DNA of 63,885 nt, the filler included, from Candidatus Fermentibacterota bacterium (GTDB lineage Bacteria; JAFGKV01), in assembly GCA_016928395.1 (NCBI GenBank). It is 9 parts of 9 records of this genome, joined end to end, with 100 filler letters (N's around TTAATTAATTAA, not from the genome) between each part and the next. Parts side by side here need not be neighbours in the genome. Positions count along the whole stretch, not along the records: positions 1 to 8,388 come from JAFGKV010000053.1; positions 8,489 to 22,632 come from JAFGKV010000338.1; 7 more parts are not named here. One strand, 5' to 3'. Under the pieces are notes generated by a model. The model ran no database searches, was not told the origin of the DNA, and was given only the letters and a program-made list of their open reading frames with translations. Numbering within the stretch: the stretch's first letter is position 1; each line of letters begins with the position of its first letter. Of this stretch, positions 1-8,982 are shown in pieces. The position numbers were made by a program, and so were the translations under genes.

Positions 1-38
1 CTCCTCACTCCTATCTCCTCACTCCTATCTCCTCACTC
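1..38. repeat. Tandem repeat, 14-nt unit CTCCTCACTCCTAT x2.7
   Basis: Read directly: ctcctcactcctat ctcctcactcctat ctcctcactc. Confidence 0.9.
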
Positions 39-191
39 GACAGAGCCCTTTGAGCCTTTGTGGTGAAATGCCTTCCTCTGTGCCCTAGGCGTGCGTTCCG
101 GCCGTGTCGTTGGCCCTGAGCCTAGTCCATGGGCGCGAGATCCCCATTTCGGATTTCCCACGGGCCGAACGCCCCCGTCAGCGAGGGCCGG

Positions 192-977
192 CTAGTTCTG
201 GAGCACCTCGGTGAACAGGTCGCGCATGGCCTCCCAGGATCGGGCCTCTGCCTTGGCATCGTATCGTTGGGGATCGTGACGGTGGGTGAACCCGTGCACC
301 GCATTGCCGAGGATCATGAGATACCAATCCACCTCGGCGTTGCGCATCTCCTGGATGAACCCCATGAGCTCTTCGTCCGGCACCGCGGAGTCATTGCCGC
401 CGTGGCAGACCAGCACCGTACCCTTGATCTGGCGGGCATCCTCCGGATCAGGAGTTGCCAGCCCTCCGTGAAAGCTGACGGCCGCCTTGACATCCGCCCC
501 GCTGCGGGCCAGTTCCAGGGCGCCGGTGCCTCCGAAGCAGTAGCCGATGACCGCCAACCGCGTCGCATCGACCTCCGCCCGATCCCGCAGTACCTCGAGC
601 CCGCGCTGCAGGCGTCGGCGGTAGAGCGCCACATCGCCCTTGTACTTCCCGGAGGATTGCGCCGCCTCGGCACGGCCGTCGGGCATGTCGTCCGCACCGT
701 ATATATCACAGGCGAATGCCGCGTATCCTTCCTGTGCCAGCCGGTCGGCGACCTCCCTCTCATGGTCTGTCACCCCCAGCCACTGATGCACGATGAGGAT
801 GCCCGGCACCGGCTCGGCGCCCTGTTCAGGAAGCGCCAGGTACCCCTCCAACTGCGCGTCTTTATCTGCGTAACGGATTGTCACGGATGACTGGGCATGG
901 GCGCCGGTCAGGAGAAGAGCGGCGGCGAAAAGGGCACGCAGCGCCGCCCTTACGGGGGAGGATCGAAGAACCATCAT
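192..977 (-). CDS. Dienelactone hydrolase family protein with signal peptide
   Basis: GYCFGG nucleophile elbow, VSFHGGL, HGFT. ATG 977 has GAGGG upstream; the ORF track starts at 1019. Confidence 0.9.
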   Translation of the reverse strand: MMVLRSSPVRAALRALFAAALLLTGAHAQSSVTIRYADKDAQLEGYLALPEQGAEPVPGILIVHQWLGVTDHEREVADRLAQEGYAAFACDIYGADDMPDGRAEAAQSSGKYKGDVALYRRRLQRGLEVLRDRAEVDATRLAVIGYCFGGTGALELARSGADVKAAVSFHGGLATPDPEDARQIKGTVLVCHGGNDSAVPDEELMGFIQEMRNAEVDWYLMILGNAVHGFTHRHDPQRYDAKAEARSWEAMRDLFTEVLQN

Positions 978-1056
978 GACTACCCTCTCTGTGAAGCCAA
1001 GGTCACACTGCGGGTGCAATCACAGGGAATTGATCCATGCATATCGTGGGCCTGTC

Positions 1057-4000
1057 TCACCGTTGCGTTGCTGACTCCGGCCTGGGCTGCGCCTCGGCCT
1101 CCGACCGCGCTGTCCGATTCAGGGTAGCCGGCATCACATCTTGGATGTTCATCTGCGCGCCCCGCGCCATGGCCTCCTCCAAAGCTTCTGGGGTCAGCCG
1201 CTCCCGCAGGGCCGCCATCACGCCCTCGGCGTCGTGGGCGACTTCGGCATTGCTGCGAGGATGCCGCAGCGCAAGACCTAAGAGCTCGGCCGCCCCAATG
1301 GAATCACCTTCTCCCATGACGATTTCGGCCTTGCCCGCCAACGTCGAAAGGGCAACCCACACCGCGTCCACCGCCAAGGCCTCCTCGCAGGCGCGGGCAT
1401 AGCACGAAAGGGCCGTGGCCCGGTCGCCCAACCGGCAGTGGGCCTGGCCCACATTTGCCATGTCTATGGCGGCACTCCATCGATCACCAACCCTGCAGGC
1501 GAACTCATAGTCGGCCTCGTAGCAGCGGAGGGCTGCGTGATAGTCGCCCTGGGCCATGTAGACATTCCCAAGGTTAGCCCGGCATGTCGCAGTCTCGAAC
1601 GGGGCACCGGCTGCCTCCGCCAGGCGGATGCCCTCCAGGTAGTATCGTTCTGCCGCGGGATAGTCGGCAGTGTTCAACGCGGCATTCCCCAAGAGCGTGT
1701 ACGCCCGCGCCATGTGGTACTCATCGTGCGATCCGTGGGATAGTTCGAGGCACTCCTGCCCACACCGCGCAACACCGGCATAGTCACCCATGAAGAAGAG
1801 CACGTAGCCCATGGCGTACAGCGCGTTTCTGATGGTGGAGGGATCCTCCGTGCCCCGCGCCAATACGACGCCGCGCTCGCCAAGGCATCTTGCCTCCGCG
1901 ATATCCCCGCAAAGGCAGGCAATTCTACACAAAAGGCTGAGTGCGCGAGCAGCCAGCTCCCCATGAGAGCCTACCAAGTTCAGCCCCTCCTCAAGGTGCC
2001 CGCGAGCATCCGTGAACTCGCTGAGCTTCATACGCGCCTCTCCGAGCAGAATCTGAAGAGCGGCCTTCTTCTGGGGCGTGTCCGCCGCGGCCGCGCCGCG
2101 CGCAAGCAGCTCCAGTGCCCGTTCGGCGTCGGAAATGGCCTGACGGAGATCCGCGCTCTGGACTGCCGCATCGGCGGCCCTCTTGAGCCACTCCGCGGCA
2201 CAAGTCGCGCTGCCGGCTTTTTCATAGTGATCGGCGATGAGCGCGGCGAACTCCCGGGTTCGCTCACCGGTCTGACGCTCCAGCCACAATGCCGCGTGCT
2301 GGTGGTAGATGCGGCGAGAACGCAGAAGCACGGTCTCGTAGACTACCTCACGGAGCACAGCATGCTTGAAAAGATACTCACCTGCATCACAGAATCGGGA
2401 CGGGCAGTGAGGGAACACCAGGTTCTTACTCTGAACTTCACAAAGGCATGCTTCGATGTCGATCTGCTCCTCGCCGGCGTCCTGCATGGCGCGGATCGAT
2501 CCATCCCAGAAGTAACGCCCCACCACCGCAGCCCTCTGGAGTAGTACTCGTTCGTCCGGCGAGAGACCGTCGAAACGCGCCTGAAGGACCCCGGTGAGTG
2601 TAGTGGGCACCCGAAGGCCCTGAAGGCGGTCCGACTGCACCGACCATCTCTCTCTGCCCCGAATGATCACGCCGTCGTCGATCAGCATCTTGATAATCTC
2701 TTCGAGGTAGAAGGGATTTCCTTCGGCATGCCCGACGATCTGCTCGCACAGACTGGTGGGCAGATCGTCAACGTGAAGCAGGATATCGGCGACCAAGGTC
2801 TGGCTCTGGGAAGGCGTGAGGGGCGAGAGGGCCACATGCATGAACCCCGGCAGCCCATCCTGTCGCCAACTTGGGACGCGCTCGAACAGTGCCGGGCGTG
2901 CCGTGCCGATGAGCAGGAGCCGGCTATGAGGGAGATCACTCGTGATGCGAGCGATGAACTCCAGGGAGGGGAGGTCGGCCCAATGCAGGTCTTCCAGGAG
3001 GATGACAAGTGGCGTGTCCCGACTCAGATCCCGGAAATAGACCCATAGGTGAGAGAGGGCGGTCTGGGCGAACGTTGCGCTGTCAAGCAGGTGTCTCACG
3101 CCCGGCGCCGTGGAGAAATCGAAACCGAGCAAATGCCCCGTCACGTGAGCCTGTTCGGTGCTCAGATACGCCGCGGTATGTCTTTCGAACTTGCGCTGCA
3201 CCTCGGCCACAGCATCACTCTCCGTGATCGAGAAATGCGCACGGAGCAGATCGCGAAGCAACCCGTAGGGAGTCGTGGTCAACTCGGGAGAGGCCCGGCC
3301 GCGCACACAAAGCGCCACGGGGGCCTGACTCTGTCGCCATCGCTCGAATTCAAAAAGCAGTCTGGATTTTCCGATCCCCGCCTCTCCAAGGATTAGAGCG
3401 CTTCGGGCCTCCGGCCCCCCCATCGCGTGCCCGTACGCGCGTTGAAGCACATCAAGCTCATTCTCACGCCCCACCATGGGAGTCTCCACATCCTCCACAC
3501 ACCGCGCGGGCCTCGCCGTAGTAGAGGAGCGAAGACCAACAACAAGATAGGTGCGAAGAGGTTCGCTCTTGCCCTTCACCGAAAGCGGTTCCATGGCCCG
3601 CGCCTCAAACATCCCCCGCACGTGACGGTACGTTACATGAGCGATGAGCACGCCGCCGGGTGGTGCGGAAGTCTGGATGCGGGACGCGGTGTTGACGGCA
3701 TCACCTGCCACCGCAAACCCGTCTGCCCGATTCGAGTTGAAGCTGACTGCCACCAACCCCGTGTTGATCCCGATGCGAAGGCGAAGAGGGGCGGGAACGC
3801 AGCACGAAGCGTGCTCTTTGGGCGCACGACGTTCCGACCGAGTGCCGTCCTCGTTCCACCCCCAGTCTTGATTGAGTGCCGACATCGTGCGCTGGAGCTC
3901 CAGCCCGGTCAGCACCGCGTTCGACGGGTCAGTCTCCCGGGCCGCGGGGATGCCGAAGACTGCCACCACCGCGTCACCGATGAACTTCTCCACAACCCCG

Positions 4001-4299
4001 CCGTGCCGCTCAACCACCTCGCGGCACGCCTTGAAGAACGACGCCTGCATCTCGCCGACATCCTCGGGGTCCATCGCTTCAGCAATGGAAGTGAACCCTG
4101 CCAGGTCGGCGAACAGAATTGTGACCTGACGGCGTTCTTCCGTGGCAGCCTGCGCTCGAAGTGCCGCCAGCTTCTCCCGCAGGGTCCCAATAGCGGTATC
4201 CACCACCGCATCACCCAACACCGCGCGCTGGGTCTCCATGTGGACGAGGGCGTGCTGCAGGGCGTGGGCTTCGTCTGCGCCACCCTCGCTGCCCGACAT
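1057..4299 (-). CDS. Class III nucleotide cyclase + AAA/STAND-type ATPase + TPR protein
   Basis: ILFADLAGFT, EKFIGDAV, GDAVNTASR; GRENEL, Walker A GEAGIGKS, LLEDLHWAD, EGNPFYLEE; C-terminal TPRs. Start moved to 4299/4302 (CAGGAG SD). Confidence 0.88.
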   Translation of the reverse strand: MSGSEGGADEAHALQHALVHMETQRAVLGDAVVDTAIGTLREKLAALRAQAATEERRQVTILFADLAGFTSIAEAMDPEDVGEMQASFFKACREVVERHGGVVEKFIGDAVVAVFGIPAARETDPSNAVLTGLELQRTMSALNQDWGWNEDGTRSERRAPKEHASCCVPAPLRLRIGINTGLVAVSFNSNRADGFAVAGDAVNTASRIQTSAPPGGVLIAHVTYRHVRGMFEARAMEPLSVKGKSEPLRTYLVVGLRSSTTARPARCVEDVETPMVGRENELDVLQRAYGHAMGGPEARSALILGEAGIGKSRLLFEFERWRQSQAPVALCVRGRASPELTTTPYGLLRDLLRAHFSITESDAVAEVQRKFERHTAAYLSTEQAHVTGHLLGFDFSTAPGVRHLLDSATFAQTALSHLWVYFRDLSRDTPLVILLEDLHWADLPSLEFIARITSDLPHSRLLLIGTARPALFERVPSWRQDGLPGFMHVALSPLTPSQSQTLVADILLHVDDLPTSLCEQIVGHAEGNPFYLEEIIKMLIDDGVIIRGRERWSVQSDRLQGLRVPTTLTGVLQARFDGLSPDERVLLQRAAVVGRYFWDGSIRAMQDAGEEQIDIEACLCEVQSKNLVFPHCPSRFCDAGEYLFKHAVLREVVYETVLLRSRRIYHQHAALWLERQTGERTREFAALIADHYEKAGSATCAAEWLKRAADAAVQSADLRQAISDAERALELLARGAAAADTPQKKAALQILLGEARMKLSEFTDARGHLEEGLNLVGSHGELAARALSLLCRIACLCGDIAEARCLGERGVVLARGTEDPSTIRNALYAMGYVLFFMGDYAGVARCGQECLELSHGSHDEYHMARAYTLLGNAALNTADYPAAERYYLEGIRLAEAAGAPFETATCRANLGNVYMAQGDYHAALRCYEADYEFACRVGDRWSAAIDMANVGQAHCRLGDRATALSCYARACEEALAVDAVWVALSTLAGKAEIVMGEGDSIGAAELLGLALRHPRSNAEVAHDAEGVMAALRERLTPEALEEAMARGAQMNIQDVMPATLNRTARSEAEAQPRPESATQR

Positions 4300-4610
4300 C
4301 ACGAGGAGCTCCTGCTGGCCATCGGCCAGACCACGCGGTCGTGGGATGGACTCGAGACGGGGTACTGCGTCATCGTGATGGCGTACTGATGCATGGCCGG
4401 CTCCTTTGGTACTGGCGCCAAGACGCAATGCCACAGGCCATGAGTCAATAGCGTTGTTACCTGGTCGCTCCCGGCCCATCACTACTCAAGGGAATCGGCG
4501 ACCGTGGGGCCTTCCTTGGGAACGGATGGCGCCAGATAGGATTCACGGTTTCGCTCGCAGTTGGGAGGGTTGTGAGCTCAGGCCGGACTGCGGGCTTCGC
4601 CGTGCTGCGA

Positions 4611-4641
4611 AGTTCTCAGTTCTCACTTGTCGGTTCTCAGT
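4611..4641. repeat. Degenerate heptamer repeat (AGTTCTC)n
   Basis: agttctc agttctc acttgtc ggttctc agt. Confidence 0.6.
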
Positions 4642-4667
4642 CAAGCACAGACCGCTGACTGGCCTCC

Positions 4668-4696
4668 TTGACACCGCGCCATCGCTCGCCTACCAT
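4668..4696 (+). promoter_or_regulatory. Sigma70-type promoter for pgk-tpiA-secG
   Basis: TTGACA (4668-4673), 17 nt spacer, TACCAT (4691-4696). Confidence 0.7.
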
Positions 4697-4730
4697 CGGT
4701 TCAGTGATTCCGTACATGAGGAGGGTGAAG

Positions 4731-5939
4731 GTGGAACTGCAACGCATGACTGTTCGCGACGTGGATCTCGCGGGCACACGGGTGATCGCACGAGTTGATT
4801 ACAATGTGCCGTTGGATAGCGAAGGCCGCGTAACCGACGACCTGCGCATACGGGAAACGCTGCCCACGGTGCGATATGTGCTAGGCCACGGGGCTTCGCT
4901 GGTCTTGATGGCGCACCTGGGCCGGCCCAAGGGAAAGATCGTCCCCGGCCTGAGTTTGAGGCCGGTGGCCAACCGGCTCAGTGAATTGCTCAAGATCCCT
5001 GTGGCCATGGCACCAGATTGCGTGGGGCCTGAGACCGCGGTACTGGCCGCCGGTCTGAAGCCGGGCGGGATCCTGCTGCTGGAGAACCTCCGGTTCCACA
5101 AGGAGGAGGAGTCCAACGATCCGGATTTTGCCCGCCAACTGGCCACGTTCGGGGATGTCTACGTCAATGATGCCTTTGGAACTGCGCACCGCGCCCACGC
5201 CTCCACCGAGGGTATCACCCATCATCTCTCCACCTCGGTGGCCGGCTTCTTGATGGAAAGGGAGCTTGCGGCATTCCACGCCTTGCTGTCAGCGCCCCAA
5301 CGGCCCTTCCTGGCCATTCTCGGCGGCGCCAAGGTCAGCGATAAGATCGGCGTGCTGCAGAACCTCCTCCGTGTGGCCGATTCGGTGTTCGTGGGAGGCG
5401 CCATGGCGAACACGTTCCTGCTGGCCAAGGGATTCCGGGTGGGCGATTCACTGGTGGAAACCGCTGCCGTCGACACCGCGCGTGCCGTGATGGAAGACGC
5501 ATCCCGGATGGGCAAAGAGGTACTCCTGCCCGTCGATGTGGTGGTAGCCACCGAGCTATCGCGGGGTGCCGTGACCCGCGTGGTCCCCGGCGACGGCATT
5601 CCCGATGGGTGGAAGGCCCTGGACATCGGGCCACTGTCCATACAGGCAGTACGAGATTCCTGCGCCCATGCCGCCACGATTTTCTGGAATGGTCCCATGG
5701 GCGTCTTCGAAACGCCTCCCTTTGATGCGGGGACCATGGAGACCGCCCGGGCATTGGCGTCTGCGACATCCGCCGGAGTGGTCACGGTGGTCGGTGGCGG
5801 CGACTCGGGCGCGGCATTGCAGAAGGCGGGATTAGCTGCCGCGGTGACCCATCTTTCCACCGGCGGCGGCGCTAGTCTCGAACTGGTCGAAGGGCGTGAA
5901 CTTCCGGGCGTAATGGCCCTGCAGGCGGTCCAAGCATGA
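4731..5939 (+). CDS. pgk: Phosphoglycerate kinase
   Basis: RVDYNVP, HLGRPKG, LLENLRFH, NDAFGTAHRAH, GGAKVSDKI, WNGPMGVFE, STGGGASL; GTG start after GAGGAG. Confidence 0.98.
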   Translation: MELQRMTVRDVDLAGTRVIARVDYNVPLDSEGRVTDDLRIRETLPTVRYVLGHGASLVLMAHLGRPKGKIVPGLSLRPVANRLSELLKIPVAMAPDCVGPETAVLAAGLKPGGILLLENLRFHKEEESNDPDFARQLATFGDVYVNDAFGTAHRAHASTEGITHHLSTSVAGFLMERELAAFHALLSAPQRPFLAILGGAKVSDKIGVLQNLLRVADSVFVGGAMANTFLLAKGFRVGDSLVETAAVDTARAVMEDASRMGKEVLLPVDVVVATELSRGAVTRVVPGDGIPDGWKALDIGPLSIQAVRDSCAHAATIFWNGPMGVFETPPFDAGTMETARALASATSAGVVTVVGGGDSGAALQKAGLAAAVTHLSTGGGASLELVEGRELPGVMALQAVQA

Positions 5940-6706
5940 GAACTCCACTGGTTGTCGGCAACTGGAAGATGCATCTGAGCAGAGACGAGGCAGGCGCCTT
6001 GGCGGGCGAGATCCGAAACAAGCTCGACATCTCCCCCGATCAAGTGGGGGTCGCGGTGTGTCCGCCGTTCCCCTATCTCTCGGCGGTTCACGCCGTCCTC
6101 GCCGGCGGTCCGGTGGCGTTGGGGGCCCAAGATGGCCACTGGGCACCACAGGGTGCCTATACCGGCTGGGTCTCTATGCAAATGCTGGTTGACGTGGGAT
6201 GCCGCTATGTCATAATTGGTCACTCCGAACGTCGACAGTTCGCGCAGGAAACCGACACCGATATCGGCAAGAAGGTGAAGGCCGGCCTCGGGCAGGGTCT
6301 TGCGGTGATCCTCTGTGTTGGCGAGACGGGCCCCGAACGAGATGGCGGCATCACGTACGATGTCGTGATGCGACAGCTTTCGGGTGCATTGGAAGGCCTT
6401 TCGGGCGCTGAATGTGACAACTTGATCATCGCCTACGAGCCGGTCTGGGCAATTGGTACCGGCAAGACCGCGACACCCGCGATGGCACAGGAAGTCCATT
6501 CCTTCATCCGAAGCTGGATGGAGAAGAGGTGGGGTTTTGGCGCGGCCCAGAAGCTGATCATCCTGTATGGCGGAAGCGTCAAGCCTGACAACATGCGTAC
6601 CCTGGCCGCGATGCATGATATCGATGGAGCGCTGGTGGGAGGAGCCAGTCTCGGCGCACAGGGATTCCTTGAAATCGTCCGGCAGGCAGATGCCGGAAAG
6701 AGGTAG
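5936..6706 (+). CDS. tpiA: Triosephosphate isomerase
   Basis: GNWKM, GHSERR, AYEPVWAIGTG, LYGGSVKP, DGALVGGASL; ATGA overlap with pgk. Confidence 0.98.
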   Translation: MRTPLVVGNWKMHLSRDEAGALAGEIRNKLDISPDQVGVAVCPPFPYLSAVHAVLAGGPVALGAQDGHWAPQGAYTGWVSMQMLVDVGCRYVIIGHSERRQFAQETDTDIGKKVKAGLGQGLAVILCVGETGPERDGGITYDVVMRQLSGALEGLSGAECDNLIIAYEPVWAIGTGKTATPAMAQEVHSFIRSWMEKRWGFGAAQKLIILYGGSVKPDNMRTLAAMHDIDGALVGGASLGAQGFLEIVRQADAGKR

Positions 6707-6709
6707 TTG

Positions 6710-7090
6710 ATGTATACCATTCTCCTCATTCTTTTCGTGTTGATCTCCCTGCTACTCATGCTCGTCGTCCTCATTCAGTCCAGCAAGGGCGGCGGTCTCG
6801 GCGGGGCATTTGGAGGGGGAGGGGGCAGCCAGGCCGTCTTCGGCGGCAGGGGCGCGGCGCCTTTTCTGATCAAGGCCACGAGCTACCTTGCGACGGCTTA
6901 CTTCGTGCTGGCGCTGCTGCTCGGGATTGTGTCCGCTCGCCATCAGGGCGCCCGCAGTGCCATCGAACGGGAGCTGGCGGGAGTCGCTGGCGAATTGACA
7001 ACGCCCGGTGTGCCTGTATCTTCGGCTTTCGAGGTATTGTCATCTGACTCCGGTATCGCGGAGGACGTGGCGGACAGCGCCAGTCAGTAA
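6710..7090 (+). CDS. secG: Preprotein translocase subunit SecG
   Basis: TM-VLIQSSKGGGLGGAFGG-TM; conserved tpiA-secG-tRNA-Leu context. Confidence 0.93.
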   Translation: MYTILLILFVLISLLLMLVVLIQSSKGGGLGGAFGGGGGSQAVFGGRGAAPFLIKATSYLATAYFVLALLLGIVSARHQGARSAIERELAGVAGELTTPGVPVSSAFEVLSSDSGIAEDVADSASQ

Positions 7091-7098
7091 TCGCGCGT

Positions 7099-7184
7099 GC
7101 CGAGGTGGTGAAACATGGTAGACACGCCATCTTGAGGGGGTGGTGGGGAAACCCGTGCGGGTTCAAGTCCCGCCCTCGGCACCA
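7099..7184 (+). tRNA. tRNA-Leu(GAG)
   Basis: Acceptor GCCGAGG/CCTCGGC, anticodon arm CCATC-TTGAGGG-GGTGG, long variable arm, T-arm GCGGG-TTCAAGT-CCCGC, encoded ACCA. Confidence 0.96.
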
Positions 7185-7191
7185 GACGATG

Positions 7192-7232
7192 GGCCCGGCA
7201 TGCTCAGTGAGTATGCCGGGCCTCTTGTGGTT
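7192..7232 (+). terminator. Probable intrinsic terminator after tRNA-Leu
   Basis: Hairpin GGCCCGGCATGCTC-AGT-GAGTATGCCGGGCC followed by a weak U-rich tail TCTTGTGGTT. Confidence 0.6.
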
Positions 7233-7350
7233 ATGGCCTATCCGGATACCATTTCGCCGAAGACCGTATTCCGCCTCCGGTGCCGGCCCGGATCCCTTTC
7301 GCGTCTAACCTGTGAGCGTTCGCTCTTGATTGAATGAGAGGTACTGCCCA

Positions 7351-7944
7351 ATGGCGCACATGAATAGCGATTGCAGCGAGGGTCGTCCACGCGTATGGGA
7401 TCGCATCGAAGAGGAGTTCCTGCGAGCGAGGAGGGTGTTTCTCTGGGGCGTAGTAGAAGACGAGATGTCCGAAGACATCATCCGGCGTCTCCTCTACCTT
7501 GAGAGTCTCGACAAGGATTCCCCCATCACTCTCTATCTGAACAGCCCGGGAGGGGCCATCACATCGGGTTTCGCCATCTATGATACCATCCGCGGCATCA
7601 GCCCGCCGGTGCACACGGTCTGCCTCGGACTGGCTGCGAGCTTCGGGGCGGTGCTTCTGGCCGCGGGAGAGAAAGGCCATCGCTCCGCGTGGCCCCATGC
7701 CCGCATCTTGATTCACCAGCCTCTCATCCCGGGTCAGGTCATCGGCGCCGCATCAGACCTTGAGATCCAGGCCAAGGAGATGCTGCGAATGCGTGAGCGT
7801 CTCAATGAAGTTCTGGCTTTGCACTGCAGCCAGCCCCTCGAGAAGATCCGCCACGACACCGACAGGGATTTCTACATGAGTCCTGAAGAGGCGATGGAGT
7901 ACGGACTCATCGATCACGTCATGAACTACGAGAAACGCGGGTAG
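7351..7944 (+). CDS. clpP: ATP-dependent Clp protease proteolytic subunit
   Basis: YLNSPGG, GLAASFG (Ser), IHQP (His), DTDRDFYM (Asp); start uncertain between 7330 and 7360. Confidence 0.95.
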   Translation: MAHMNSDCSEGRPRVWDRIEEEFLRARRVFLWGVVEDEMSEDIIRRLLYLESLDKDSPITLYLNSPGGAITSGFAIYDTIRGISPPVHTVCLGLAASFGAVLLAAGEKGHRSAWPHARILIHQPLIPGQVIGAASDLEIQAKEMLRMRERLNEVLALHCSQPLEKIRHDTDRDFYMSPEEAMEYGLIDHVMNYEKRG

Positions 7945-8053
7945 CGTATCCAGGCAAGGGCTTGGCCCATGCCTGGGCATCTCGAAGAATCAAGCCTGCC
8001 GGGTGTGAACCTTCGAGGCGGGGGTAATGGAATACGTTGCGAAAGGGAAGATT

Positions 8054-8388
8054 ATGTACATCCTCGTGCTCAACTGCGGGAGTTCCTCCGTCAAGTTCCA
8101 GCTTGTTGGCGAGCAGTCTCAGAGATGCATGGCCAGAGGATTGGTGGAGCGGATCGGGCTTTCGAGGCCCCGGCTGGTGTATCGGTTGGGCGATGATGCT
8201 CCGATAAAGCGAGATCTCCAGATCCAAGACCACGCGGGCGCCATCAGCGTGGCGCTGGACATGCTCACCGACGCTGAGTATGGCGTGATGAAGAACACGG
8301 CCGAAGTCGTGGGCATCGGGCACAGGGTGGTGCACGGAGGAGAACGTTTTTCCGATTCGGTGCTCATCACCGAGGATGTCATCGGCGA
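8054..8388 (+). CDS. ackA: Acetate kinase, 5' part (cut by contig end)
   Basis: ILVLNCGSSSVKFQL, GLVERIG, GHRVVHGGE. Confidence 0.95.
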
Positions 8389-8488
8389 NNNNNNNNNNNN
8401 NNNNNNNNNNNNNNNNNNNNNNNNNNNNNNNNTTAATTAATTAANNNNNNNNNNNNNNNNNNNNNNNNNNNNNNNNNNNNNNNNNNNN
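8389..8488. other. Artificial contig linker. Others: 22633-22732, 32372-32471, 37861-37960, 41148-41247, 44118-44217, 52038-52137, 61255-61354
   Basis: Same N-run + TTAATTAATTAA (stops in six frames) + N-run at eight places. Confidence 0.99.
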
Positions 8489-8907
8489 GTACGCCGCTCC
8501 TACCCTCGCGATGCGGTGCACAGACAATGTAGGAGCGCTGTCAAGCGCGAACGGAGGGCAGTTGCGGGTTGTACTCGGGGGGTTCGCGGCGTATGCCGCT
8601 CCTACGTTGGGGGAATGCGGTACACAGACAATGTAGGAGCGCTGTCAGGCGCGAACAGCGGAGAGAGTTCCCTAACCCTCATGGTTTTCGTTGGGCCTGC
8701 AATCTCAACAGGATGGGAGGCGCTCGTTCGGAGATTGCAGAACAAGGTTTCGGCGGACGGAATCGCGCACTGGCGAGTCGGAGAGCCCCCCGGAATGGGG
8801 ACTATTCTAATATTAGAATAGTCCCCAGGAAGCCTTTACGAAGCCGGGGAAAAGGCTCAGGGCGCGAAGGGGCGAGGCTATGCATTCGCAGCTGAAGGCG
8901 CTCCTAC
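8489..8907. repeat. GTAG-type REP cluster (BIME/REPIN-like), five alternating REPs
   Basis: GTAGGA-GCGC-N6-GCGC-GAA on + at 8529-8551 and 8633-8655. On -: GTAGGA-GCGGC-ATAC-GCCGC-GAA at 8583-8605, a truncated copy at 8489-8503, a variant at 8885-8907. Confidence 0.85.
8797..8826. repeat. Perfect 30-bp AT-rich palindrome
   Basis: GGGGACTATTCTAATATTAGAATAGTCCCC equals its own reverse complement. Confidence 0.95.
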
Positions 8908-8982
8908 AGAGATGCCGCTGCACCGCGCACGTGCGATGCGCCGCACTCTCAACCCCGAAAAACCTGAGTGCGCCCCGCGCCC

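Noticed and set aside
5222-6616. Long antisense ORFs (e.g. 5222-6616, 12067-13215, 52082-53353, 49434-50426)
   Set aside because: Shadow frames of well-supported genes in GC-rich DNA, with no recognisable motifs.
7099-7232. tRNA-Leu as an integration site
   Set aside because: It is followed by a terminator and clpP, and no duplicate 3' end was found in the window.
8389-8488. TTAATTAATTAA palindrome repeated eight times
   Set aside because: Always centred in N-runs; it is an artificial six-frame-stop linker. ORFs running into it are artefactually extended.
8489-8660. ~40-nt direct repeats as a CRISPR array
   Set aside because: Only two units, internal REP hairpins in alternating orientation, and no cas genes in the window.
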